Source of the DNA: Desulfobulbus sp.
GTDB lineage: Bacteria > Desulfobacterota > Desulfobulbia > Desulfobulbales > Desulfobulbaceae
DNA length: 64,000 nt
Strand: one strand, 5' to 3'
Assembly: GCF_031280615.1 (NCBI RefSeq)
Contig: NZ_JAITGO010000001.1
Shown one piece after another: positions 10,057 to 18,882 of the stretch. The position numbers were made by a program, and so were the translations under genes. The notes below the pieces were generated by a model, which was not told the DNA's origin, did not search any database, and saw nothing but the letters and a program-made list of their open reading frames with translations. How positions within the stretch are numbered: position 1 is the first letter of the stretch; every line of letters starts with the position of its first letter.

Positions 10057-11013
10057 ATGTCGTCCCCCCTTGTCGAACAAAAGATTGAGGAACGGAATCT
10101 ACCCTTTTACCGTCGATTCTGGATCTATCAGAAGGAACGTTTCCCGCTGGTGGCGCATACCCCGCTGATCCTGGCCTTCAGCTATTGCGCGGTCTCGATT
10201 TCATCGAGGCTTAGGGACGGAGTTTGGCCGCAATGGCCGTCGGCGGCGGTCGCCTTTCTTACCTGCCTCCTCTTTTTTCTGCAGTTGAGAATCGCGGATG
10301 AATTCAAGGATAATGCGGAGGATGCCCGATTCAGGCCGTATCGGCCGGTGCCGCGCGGATTGGTCGCACTCGGCGAGCTCGGCCGGCTTTTTGTCCTGGC
10401 CGGGCTGCTCCAGTTGGCGGCGGCGCTTTGGTGGAATCCGAAGCTGGTCATTCTGTTGCTCGTCACCTGGGGCTATCTTGGGGCCATGAGCTTTGAATTC
10501 GGGATGCGGAACTGGCTCAAGGCCCATCCCATCGTCTACCTCTGGACCCACATGCTGATCATGCCGCTCATCGATCTCTATGCCTCCTCGACGGACTGGA
10601 TGGTCGCGGGCATGGTCTTCCCCCCCCATGGCCTGCTCTTTTTCCTTGCTGCCAGCTTTTTCAACGGCGTTGTCATCGAGATCGGCAGAAAAATCAGGGT
10701 CCCTTCCCAAGAGGAAGAGGGGGTGGAAACCTATTCCTTCCTTTGGGGCTGTTCCAAGGCGGTGTTGGTGTGGTGGCTGATGGTGCTGATGACCGCTGTT
10801 TTCGGTTGCTTAACCGCATGGAAGGCGGACATGTTGGCCGCGATCGGCCCATTGCTGCTTGTGGCCGCCTGCGGCTGCGGCATCGTGGTTGCGCTTTTTC
10901 TCCGTCGACAAACGGAGAGGCTGGCGAAGATGTTCGAGCCTGCATCCGCCCTCTGGACCCTCTGCCTGTATCTATCGCTAGGCATTCTGCCGGGAGTGAT
11001 CGCCCATGGATGA
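10057..11013 (+). CDS. UbiA-superfamily prenyltransferase (integral membrane)
   Basis: Multi-TM protein with an Asp-rich motif (RIADEFKDNAEDARFRPYRPVPRG), similar to the first UbiA motif plus RPxPxG. GAGGA lies 10 nt upstream of the ATG at 10057. A TTG at 10051 is an alternative start. Confidence 0.8.
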   Translation: MSSPLVEQKIEERNLPFYRRFWIYQKERFPLVAHTPLILAFSYCAVSISSRLRDGVWPQWPSAAVAFLTCLLFFLQLRIADEFKDNAEDARFRPYRPVPRGLVALGELGRLFVLAGLLQLAAALWWNPKLVILLLVTWGYLGAMSFEFGMRNWLKAHPIVYLWTHMLIMPLIDLYASSTDWMVAGMVFPPHGLLFFLAASFFNGVVIEIGRKIRVPSQEEEGVETYSFLWGCSKAVLVWWLMVLMTAVFGCLTAWKADMLAAIGPLLLVAACGCGIVVALFLRRQTERLAKMFEPASALWTLCLYLSLGILPGVIAHG

Positions 11014-13606
11014 AATGATACTGTTCTCGCGGCAAAACATGCGCCTGGAGCATGTGGGCGGCAAGGCCGCCGCGCTCCATGCGCTGCAGGGACTGCCCAT
11101 TCCCGAATGGTTTGCCCTTACCCCGGCTGCCTTCATGATCAGCGGCTGTATGGAAAACGACCCATCCCGGTGGCGGGTGAACGAGGCGCTCCGGGTGCAG
11201 CTCAACCAAGCCCTTGCACAACTGTCCGATGAGGATGGCTGTTTTGCGGTGCGGTCATCGGCGATTGATGAGGACGGGCAGGGGTTGAGTTTTGCCGGCC
11301 AGCTCGACTCTTTTCTGGGAGTCGCCAAAACCGAGGTGGCCGACAGGGTCGCCGATGTTTGGCGCTCGGCGTTCTCAGAGCATATCAGGGCCTATCGGGC
11401 CGAGCATGATCTCGGCGGATGCGTGCCGCCCGCCGTGGTGGTGCAGCGCATGATCGACGCCCAATGCGCCGGTGTCTCCTTTGCCGTCGATCCGATAACC
11501 GGCAATTGGGATCATGCCCTGGTCTCATCGGTCTGGGGGCTTGGCAGCAGCCTGGTCGATGGCGAGCTCGATGGCGATACCTACCGCGTGGATCGAAGCG
11601 GCCGCATCGTGGAGAAACAGGCCGGCCCGAAGCCCTTTGGCGTGTATCTTCGGGACAGGGTGCCACAGAAGCAGGAACACGACCAAGAAAGAGCCGAGGC
11701 CTATTCGCTCGACGACCGGATGGCGGCGGAAATTGCGGCCTTGGCCAGATTTTGCAGCCAACGACGCGGATGTCCCCAGGATATTGAGTGGGCCTATGAA
11801 AAAGGGCGTCTCTACCTGCTTCAGTCGCGTCCCATTACCAGTCTCGGCCGGGTGCCCGATCCGGGGGGCAAGCTCAACATTTGGGACAATTCCAATATCG
11901 CCGAATCCTACGGCGGGGTGACCACGCCGTTGACGTACAGCTTTGCCCGTTCGATTTACGAGGAGGTCTACCGACAGTTTTGCAAGATCATGGGGGTTCC
12001 GCGGCATGTCATCGAGGCCAACCGGGAAACCTACCGGGGCTTGCTCGGCTTGATGCATGGTCGGATGTACTACAACCTGACCAACTGGTATCGTTTGCTG
12101 GCTTGCTTCCCGGGATTTTCCATCAACCGCGGTTTCATGGAACAGATGATGGGGGTGCGCAAGGAGCTTGGCGAAGAGTTGCTTCAACTCATCCCCAAGC
12201 CCAGGGCAAACCGTTTGCTCAGCCTCCTGTACCTAGGCAAGGCCCTGGCCGGGATGGGACTGAGCTATCTGCTGCTGCCCCGGAAGATAAAGCGATTCTA
12301 TACCCGGCTGGACAGCGCCCTGGCCAGACCGGAGATTCCGTTGTCCGCACAGCGGGCCGATGAGCTGGTCGCCTTGTACCGGCAACTCGAGGAACGGTTG
12401 CTGCTGCGATGGGATGCGCCCTTGATCAATGATTTTTTTGCCATGATCGCTTTTGGCCTGCTGTCCAAACTCTGTCGGTCCTGGTGCGGCGACGGACACG
12501 GCACCTTGCAAAACGATCTTGTGGGAGGTAGTGGCAGGGTAGTCAGTGCCGAGCCGGCCAAACGGGTTGCCGAACTGGCCGCCTGCATCCGGGGTGACAG
12601 GGAGGCCATGGATTTGTTCCAGATGGGTCCGGCCGCGGATATCCTGGCCTATCTCGACGGCAACGAGACTATGGGCCGCCTTTTTCGCCAATATCTCGAA
12701 AGATTCGGTGACCGCTGCATCGACGAGCTGAAATTGGAGAGTGTGCCCCTGCATGACGATCCCTTGCCGCTGCTGCGGGCCATCGGCCACTTTGCCGGCA
12801 GAGAGGGGCGGCAAGAGGGCAACCAGGCCGCGGATGCCCGGATGGAAGCGGAACTGCGAGCCTTGGAGATGCTGGCTCAAAGCTCTCTGCGCCGGCAAGT
12901 GTTCACATTCATCCTCAAACATGCGCGGGCGCGTGTGGAGGACAGGGAGAACCTCCGTTTTGAGCGGACCAGGCTTTTCGGTCGGGTGCGGGAGATCATG
13001 GCTGAGCTCGGCAAAAGGTTTGCGGCCCTGGGCATCCTCAAGGACCGCAACGATATTTTTTACCTGGAAAAGGATGAAATTCTCGGCTTTGTCGAAGGGT
13101 TTGCCTCCTGCCCCGATCTGGGGGCCATCGCCGAGGTGCGCAAACGCCGTTTTCAGGGCTATGCCACCCTGCCGCCCATTGCCGATCGGTTTCAAACCCG
13201 GGGCATGGTGTTCGTCGGCAACGATTTTTCCATCGCCGATGACGAGCAGCCGTTTTTTGCCGATGAGCAGGGGAAGCGGCAAGGCATAGGGTGCTGCCCG
13301 GGCATTGTGCGTGGCAGGGTTCGTGTGGTCAGGGATCCCAGAGGAGTGGAGTTGCCCGCTGGCGCCATACTTGTGGCGGAACGGACCGATCCGGGATGGA
13401 TCATGCTCTTTCCGGCGGCATCCGGGTTATTGGTGGAACGGGGCAGTCTTCTTTCGCATTCGGCCATTGTCGCCCGGGAATTGGGGCTGCCCGCGGTTGT
13501 GTCGGTGCCGGGGGTGACAAGCTGGCTGCAAAACGACGATCTGGTTGAGCTGGATGGCGGTACCGGTTTAGTGAGACTGTTGCAGGGAGAAGAAGACCAT
13601 GTCTGA
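11006..13606 (+). CDS. PEP-utilising dikinase-like protein: N-terminal PPDK/PEP-synthase ATP-grasp domain plus C-terminal swivel phosphohistidine domain
   Basis: GGKAAALHALQGLPIPEWFALT at the N-terminus. The C-terminus carries GIGCCPGIVRGRVRVV...ILVAERTDPGW...ERGSLLSHSAIVARELGLPAVV (catalytic His motif). The start overlaps the UbiA stop by 8 nt. Confidence 0.85.
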   Translation: MDEMILFSRQNMRLEHVGGKAAALHALQGLPIPEWFALTPAAFMISGCMENDPSRWRVNEALRVQLNQALAQLSDEDGCFAVRSSAIDEDGQGLSFAGQLDSFLGVAKTEVADRVADVWRSAFSEHIRAYRAEHDLGGCVPPAVVVQRMIDAQCAGVSFAVDPITGNWDHALVSSVWGLGSSLVDGELDGDTYRVDRSGRIVEKQAGPKPFGVYLRDRVPQKQEHDQERAEAYSLDDRMAAEIAALARFCSQRRGCPQDIEWAYEKGRLYLLQSRPITSLGRVPDPGGKLNIWDNSNIAESYGGVTTPLTYSFARSIYEEVYRQFCKIMGVPRHVIEANRETYRGLLGLMHGRMYYNLTNWYRLLACFPGFSINRGFMEQMMGVRKELGEELLQLIPKPRANRLLSLLYLGKALAGMGLSYLLLPRKIKRFYTRLDSALARPEIPLSAQRADELVALYRQLEERLLLRWDAPLINDFFAMIAFGLLSKLCRSWCGDGHGTLQNDLVGGSGRVVSAEPAKRVAELAACIRGDREAMDLFQMGPAADILAYLDGNETMGRLFRQYLERFGDRCIDELKLESVPLHDDPLPLLRAIGHFAGREGRQEGNQAADARMEAELRALEMLAQSSLRRQVFTFILKHARARVEDRENLRFERTRLFGRVREIMAELGKRFAALGILKDRNDIFYLEKDEILGFVEGFASCPDLGAIAEVRKRRFQGYATLPPIADRFQTRGMVFVGNDFSIADDEQPFFADEQGKRQGIGCCPGIVRGRVRVVRDPRGVELPAGAILVAERTDPGWIMLFPAASGLLVERGSLLSHSAIVARELGLPAVVSVPGVTSWLQNDDLVELDGGTGLVRLLQGEEDHV

Positions 13607-14699
13607 TACGGAAATTGCCGCCAAGGCCTCCTTCGATGCGATCCGCTACGCCCAATGCTGGGAAGATGCCGACATCCTCCTGCAAGGCCTGGATGTTCAG
13701 GAGGGCGACGTCTGTCTGGGCATAGGCTCTGCCGGCGACAACTGCCTCTCGCTGTTGACCCGCCATCCCAAAAGGGTGATCGCCGTCGATATGAATCCGG
13801 CCCAACTGGCCTGCATAGCCTTGCGGGTCGCCGCTTTCAAGTGCCTTGAGCACCATCAGCTTCTCGAACTCGTTGGCTCGCGGCCAAGCGAGAGAAGGGT
13901 GGCGCTTTTTGAACGATGCACAATCCATCTTGCCGATGAATACCGTGAGTTTTGGCAAAACAACCTTGGCGCCATTGCCGGAGGGATCGGAGATGCGGGT
14001 AAATTTGAACGGTATTTCGCCATGTTCAGGAAATATGTGATTCCCCTTGTCCATCGATCCGCCACGGTCAAGCACTTGTTGGAGGGAGGTGATCGAGAAC
14101 GCTGCGCCTTGTTTTACGACACAACCTGGAACAACCTGCGCTGGCGCATGCTTTTCCGCCTGTTTTTTTCCCGCTGGCTGATGGGCAAGCTGGGCAGGGA
14201 CCCTTCGTTTTTCGCCTATGTCGAGGGATCGGTTGCCGACCGGATACTTGCCCGGACCCGACATGCCCTGCGCGAACTCGATCCCGGCAAGAATCCCTAT
14301 CTTCATTGGATCCTGACCGGAGGGCATGGCGATGCCTTGCCGCACGCCCTGCGGGAAGAGAACTTTGCGACCATCAGGGACAACATCGACCGGCTGGAAA
14401 TCCGCCGGGGAACCGTGGAGTCCGTGCTGGCCGCGGAGGGATCCAGGAGTGTGGATCGATGCAATCTCAGCGATATTTTTGAATATATGTCCGAAGAGAC
14501 GGCCACCTCGGTACTCGCCCAGGTGGTTGCCGCCACCAGAAGCGGCGGACGGCTCGCCTACTGGAACATGCTCGCCCCGCGCTGCTGCCCGAGCGAGTGG
14601 AACGACAGGGTGCGGCGCAGGCACGATCTGGGCCAGCGGCTGCTGTTGGAAGACAAGGCGTTTTTTTATTCGGCCTTCATAGTTGAAGAGGTGCTGTGA
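13599..14699 (+). CDS. BtaA/DUF3419-like SAM-dependent 3-amino-3-carboxypropyl transferase homolog
   Basis: IRYAQCWEDADILLQGL...VCLGIGSAGDNCLSLL...VIAVDMNPAQ...LSDIFEYM is the pattern I associate with the DUF3419/BtaA family. The start overlaps the previous stop by 8 nt. Confidence 0.75.
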   Translation: MSDTEIAAKASFDAIRYAQCWEDADILLQGLDVQEGDVCLGIGSAGDNCLSLLTRHPKRVIAVDMNPAQLACIALRVAAFKCLEHHQLLELVGSRPSERRVALFERCTIHLADEYREFWQNNLGAIAGGIGDAGKFERYFAMFRKYVIPLVHRSATVKHLLEGGDRERCALFYDTTWNNLRWRMLFRLFFSRWLMGKLGRDPSFFAYVEGSVADRILARTRHALRELDPGKNPYLHWILTGGHGDALPHALREENFATIRDNIDRLEIRRGTVESVLAAEGSRSVDRCNLSDIFEYMSEETATSVLAQVVAATRSGGRLAYWNMLAPRCCPSEWNDRVRRRHDLGQRLLLEDKAFFYSAFIVEEVL

Positions 14700-16024
14700 A
14701 TCCCTGGTGGGGTATTGTCCTGGTTCTCGGCAGCTTGACCCTTCTGCTTGCCGGTTGTCGGTACGGTGGCCAGAGGTTCTCTCTGTCGGCGGAACTGACG
14801 CGCAAGATGGTGCATATGGGAATGGGGCTGATCTGTACGCTCTTCCCCCTCGTGTTCCGGACAACCTGGCCGGTTTTTTTGCTGGCTGGAACCGCTGTTG
14901 CCGCTCTTCTTGTCGTCCGGTCTTCGACAGTTCTCCGCACAACGATCGGTTCTTCCTTGCATGGCGTGGAACGTTCGTCCCTGGGGGAAATCTTTTTCCC
15001 GGTTGCCGTGGCCGCAGTCTGGTATTTTTCCCTTGAAAAACCGCTCTATTTCAGCCTCTCCGTCCTCGTGCTGACACTCGCCGATGCCTTTGCCGCTCTG
15101 GTCGGCACGAAATACGGGCAACAGCAGTACACCACCATGGAGGGCTATAAAACATGGGAAGGGAGTTTCATTTTTTTTGCCGCGACCTTCCTCTGTATCC
15201 ATATCCCCCTGCTGTTGCTGACAACCACCGGCAGGGCCGAGAGCCTGCTTATCGCCTTGCTCATCGGCATTTTGGTCATGATTGTTGAAGCCGTTGCCTG
15301 GCGCGGTCTCGACAATCTGTTTATTCCCCTCTGCGTCTGCATTCTGCTCAATGTCTACGACAGTTTCAGCGCATCGCAGATTCTGGTCCGAATTGCCTTT
15401 ATCCTGCTCATCATCGTCATCCTCTTTTTCCTTCGTCCCCGCACCAAACTCGATGACGCCTCGATCCTTGGTGCCAGCCTTGTCACCTATCTGGCAGTCA
15501 CTGCTGGCAACTGGCAATGGGCCGTTGCCCCTGTTCTGGTCTTTGTTAACTATTTGCTCCTGGGAAAAGCGAAGGACGCGGTTGCGGAACGGATTCACAA
15601 TATCCATGCGCTCCTGGCAGTTACCCTTCCCGGTCTGTTGTGGTTGTTGCTTTACTACCGCCAGCAGCAGCAGATATTCTTTTTCAGCTACAATCTGGCC
15701 TACATGGCCGAGCTGGTCTGCATATTCATTGCCCAGTGGGCCTTCGAGTTCAAGGAGAGAAGCCTTGTCCGTATTACTCTGAAAAGCAGCTTGTTGAGTT
15801 TTGTCATGATTATGGGGCCCTGCTTCGTTTTCATCTACAGGGAGGTGGGCTCTGCCGGCATTGCCCTTGCCTTTGTCTGTGCCATGATCAGCGGTCAGCT
15901 GTTTCGTCTCATGCAACCGCAGATACGAGACTGTCCGTTGGACAGCCAACGGTTTTTCCGGCAGGGCTTCATTGGTTTTGGTATCTCGGTGGTCCCATGG
16001 GTTGCCATGGTTTTTTTCAACTAA
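14696..16024 (+). CDS. polytopic membrane protein; the N-terminal half is dolichol/phytol kinase (CTP-transferase-1 superfamily)-like
   Basis: TRKMVHMGMG, LADAFAALVGTKYG and KTWEGSFIFFAATF resemble the SRKxxH / GDxxAxxxGxxxG / KxxEGS motifs of polyprenol kinases. About 200 further aa of TM helices follow. GTGA start/stop overlap with the upstream gene. Confidence 0.6.
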   Translation: MNPWWGIVLVLGSLTLLLAGCRYGGQRFSLSAELTRKMVHMGMGLICTLFPLVFRTTWPVFLLAGTAVAALLVVRSSTVLRTTIGSSLHGVERSSLGEIFFPVAVAAVWYFSLEKPLYFSLSVLVLTLADAFAALVGTKYGQQQYTTMEGYKTWEGSFIFFAATFLCIHIPLLLLTTTGRAESLLIALLIGILVMIVEAVAWRGLDNLFIPLCVCILLNVYDSFSASQILVRIAFILLIIVILFFLRPRTKLDDASILGASLVTYLAVTAGNWQWAVAPVLVFVNYLLLGKAKDAVAERIHNIHALLAVTLPGLLWLLLYYRQQQQIFFFSYNLAYMAELVCIFIAQWAFEFKERSLVRITLKSSLLSFVMIMGPCFVFIYREVGSAGIALAFVCAMISGQLFRLMQPQIRDCPLDSQRFFRQGFIGFGISVVPWVAMVFFN

Positions 16025-16154
16025 AGGGTTTTCCTGCCGCAGAAGGAATATGCACCCGGAAAGGCTTGGCTGCTCAAGTGAGTTCCCTGAAGAGAGCGGG
16101 TGAAAAGCGGGGGTTGGGAGGGCAAGCTGTCATTTTGCGGGAAAAGAACGAAAA

Positions 16155-16203
16155 AACCGCCGCAACTCCCTGGTTGACGAGGAGTTGCGGCGGTTTCGTT
16201 TTC
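16155..16203 (+). terminator. hairpin terminator after the seven-gene operon
   Basis: aaccgccgcaactcc...ggagttgcggcggtt (15-bp stem) followed by tcgtttt. Confidence 0.55.
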
Positions 16204-16217
16204 CTGCTGCTGTAAAC

Positions 16218-16243
16218 AAAAAAAAGGCCGCATTGCTGCGGCC
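16218..16243 (-). terminator. intrinsic terminator downstream of tRNA-Asn
   Basis: The minus strand reads GGCCGCAGCAATGCGGCC followed by T8. Confidence 0.7.
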
Positions 16244-16250
16244 TGATATC

Positions 16251-16326
16251 TGGCTCCCCGGGAGGGACTCGAACCCCCGACAAGGCGGTTAACAGCCGCC
16301 TGCTCTACCAACTGAGCTACCGAGGA
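16251..16326 (-). tRNA. tRNA-Asn (anticodon GUU)
   Basis: The reverse complement folds as a cloverleaf: TCCTCGG-TA-GCTCAGTTGGTAGAGC-A-GGCGG CTGTTAA CCGCC-TTGTC-GGGGGTTCGAGTCCCTC-CCGGGGA-GCCA. Confidence 0.9.
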
Positions 16327-16483
16327 ATGGTGCTCGTGAAAGAAATCGTGCAGTCCACACGACCATTTCAAGATTGGCTAAATAGCACAGAGTCTCTGGG
16401 CCGTCAAGAGAAAGTTGTGCGTCGACTACCCCTGCCCGAACCCGTCCGCAGGGGGGAATGTCGTACATGGTGCAGGTTCCGGT

Positions 16484-17173
16484 TCAGGTGCTGCTGAACA
16501 TGTAGCCGACGCTGCGCACGGTTTTGATCCGCTCGAGGCCGTTGGCATTACGGCCCAGTTTCCTGCGTAGGCTGCTGATGTGGACATCGATGCTGCGATC
16601 GAACCGTTCCAGCTTTCGGCCGAGCGCCTCCCGGGCCAGTATTTCCCGGCCGACCACCTGGTCGATGCGCTTGACCAAGGCGTGCAGCAGGGCGCATTCG
16701 ATGGCGGTCAGCGAAACGGTGCTGTTGTCCTTGGATACGGTTCGGCTGTCGATGTCGATGAGCAGATCGTCGGCGACGAGCGTGCCGGTGGTTGGGGGTT
16801 GAGTACCGAATTCGTTTTCTCCGTGTCGCTGGATGGCACGAATTCGCGCCACCAGTTCACCGGGATCAAAGGGCTTGTCCAGGTAATCGTCGGCCCCGAT
16901 TTCCAGACCGACAATCCGGTCGGCGGCATTGCCCCGGGCGGTCAACATCAGGATCGGGATCGTCGACAGGCAACGCAGTTGCCGCAGCAGGTCGACCGCG
17001 TTGTAACTTGGTAACATGATGTCCATAATGACAAAATCGCAATCGTCGGCCAGGGCCGAGGCCAGCCCCTGTCTGCCGTCGTGGCAGGGCAAAACCACGT
17101 AGCCTTCCCGGGTCAGGTATTCGGTTAGCAGGTCGCAGAGCTCGATATCGTCGTCAATGATCAGGATTCGCAT
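16484..17173 (-). CDS. OmpR/PhoB-family response regulator (receiver plus winged-helix); no adjacent kinase
   Basis: Start MRILIIDDDIELCDLL; acceptor region DFVIMDIMLP; C-terminal winged helix LRRKLG...IKTVRSVGY. Confidence 0.85.
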   Translation of the reverse strand: MRILIIDDDIELCDLLTEYLTREGYVVLPCHDGRQGLASALADDCDFVIMDIMLPSYNAVDLLRQLRCLSTIPILMLTARGNAADRIVGLEIGADDYLDKPFDPGELVARIRAIQRHGENEFGTQPPTTGTLVADDLLIDIDSRTVSKDNSTVSLTAIECALLHALVKRIDQVVGREILAREALGRKLERFDRSIDVHISSLRRKLGRNANGLERIKTVRSVGYMFSST

Positions 17174-17605
17174 GGCACGGCAATGGAACAGGGGGCAAGG
17201 GTGCGATTCGCTCATGGCCCGACATAAAATCCCGAAGGACCACGCTGTGGGTAACATGCAAAAAAAATAACAATTTTTTCGCGAAGTGAACAGGATAAAG
17301 ATTCCGATCGTCGATGTGCGGGCGTGTTGCCGCTTGTTGCTCTTCTGTGGCCGAGCTGTCGAGAAGAGAAGTAACAATCCCGCGTCCCTGCGCAGGGTCG
17401 GTGCTCTTGCTCGTTCAGGAGGAGTGTTTGTCGATCAGCGGTATCGGTCTCGGCAGGTATGCGATGCGGGGCCTGTTCGTTGTGCGGACAGGGAGCGGAA
17501 AGGTTGGCTCGGCTCAGGCCTTGACCCGTTTTCGGTCTCGTGCGGGATTGCGCCGTGTCCATGTGGATGTGCAACCCCGCACGGCACGGCCGTCGGCACC
17601 GGGCT

Positions 17606-18520
17606 TCACTCCCGGCGCAGGAGCAGGGCCGCCCATTCCTCCTGGTGCAGCCGGGTAAGCGACTGCAGGCCGAATTGGCGGTATACGCGGATGATATTGG
17701 CTTCCTGGTCGCCGCTGAGGATGCCGGCCAGCACCAGGTGGCCTCCCGGCGCGGTCAGGCGCGCCAGGGTTGGCGCCATGTCCACCAGCACGTCGTGGAC
17801 GATGTTGGCGCAGATCAGGGGAAAGGTGCCTTGGATGTGGTCCACCGGCGTGGTGCCGATCTCGATTTTTCCGGCCAGACCGTTATTGGCGATATTGCCG
17901 CGTGCCACTGCCACCGCGTCGGGATCGTTGTCGATGGCCACTACCCGTTCGACGCCGGACAGGGCGGCGGCCATGGCCAGGATGCCGGTACCGGTGCCGA
18001 CATCCAGGGCCTCCCGGCAAGGGCCGGTTTCCAGGCATTGCCGGATCAGCGCCAGGGCCATGCGGGTCGAGGCGTGCTGGCCGGTGCCGAAGGCCATGCC
18101 CGGATCCATTTCGATGACTGCCTGGCCCGGCTCCGGCCAGTAATTCTCCCAGGAGGGCTTGATCACCAGGCCGGGAACGATCTCGTCCGGCTTGAAATAC
18201 TGCTGCCAGCAGGTGGCCCAATCCTGGTCGGCAAGCAACTGGGCCGTGGCCTTGGCCGGCCCGCAGTCGTACAGGGCGAACAGCTCGGTCATCTCGCGCT
18301 CGACCCGGGCCAGGAGTTCGCTGGCCTCATCGGCGGCAAGGGCGTTTTCAGTCATGCCCAGTTGGAAGAAGCCGCTGATCAGGGCGCCGTCCTCGTTTTC
18401 CGGGCTTTGCTCCACCCCGGTACCACTGAGTACCCCCATGAGGTCGGAGGCGGGTTCCAGCAGGGGGCGGGGGCAGAACAGGGTGATCTTCAGCCATTGG
18501 TGTCCAGTTGCAGATGTCAT
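17606..18520 (-). CDS. prmA: ribosomal protein L11 methyltransferase
   Basis: IEMDPGMAFGTGQHASTRMAL...VLDVGTGTGILAMAAA...VAIDNDPDAV; typical PrmA. Confidence 0.85.
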   Translation of the reverse strand: MTSATGHQWLKITLFCPRPLLEPASDLMGVLSGTGVEQSPENEDGALISGFFQLGMTENALAADEASELLARVEREMTELFALYDCGPAKATAQLLADQDWATCWQQYFKPDEIVPGLVIKPSWENYWPEPGQAVIEMDPGMAFGTGQHASTRMALALIRQCLETGPCREALDVGTGTGILAMAAALSGVERVVAIDNDPDAVAVARGNIANNGLAGKIEIGTTPVDHIQGTFPLICANIVHDVLVDMAPTLARLTAPGGHLVLAGILSGDQEANIIRVYRQFGLQSLTRLHQEEWAALLLRRE

Positions 18521-18882
18521 CGGTTTTTCATTCGGGAAAAGAAAAGGGAATTGCCGCGTCTCCGGCCGGTCCGGGCAAGCATACCCTGGTTTCGGGTACG
18601 CAACCACTTTTTCCTGCCACCCGGCCGGGTGGCAAGGCGTATCCGGCCGCATGGCAGTGGGTAAATAAGCTGCGTAAGTAGGCAAAATTGACGATTGACA
18701 AAACCTCTGCGCCGCGATTAACTAATAATTTATCACTTATTTCCAGCTGACCGAAGGTTTGTGCTGCGGCGGAAAGAGAGAGGAGCAGAACGCCGAAACA
18801 GCCTTGGCCGCAGTTTCCAGACGTATCGTTGTTTTCCTTCCGTTTTTTGCCCCTCTTCTCTCCGTGCTCCAGGATTGTCCCC

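Noticed and set aside
17171-17190. TGGCACGGCAATGG resembling a sigma-54 -24 element
   Set aside because: It lies on the plus strand, overlapping the start codon of the minus-strand response regulator. The -12 position reads TGGAA rather than TTGC, and no downstream plus-strand gene exists.
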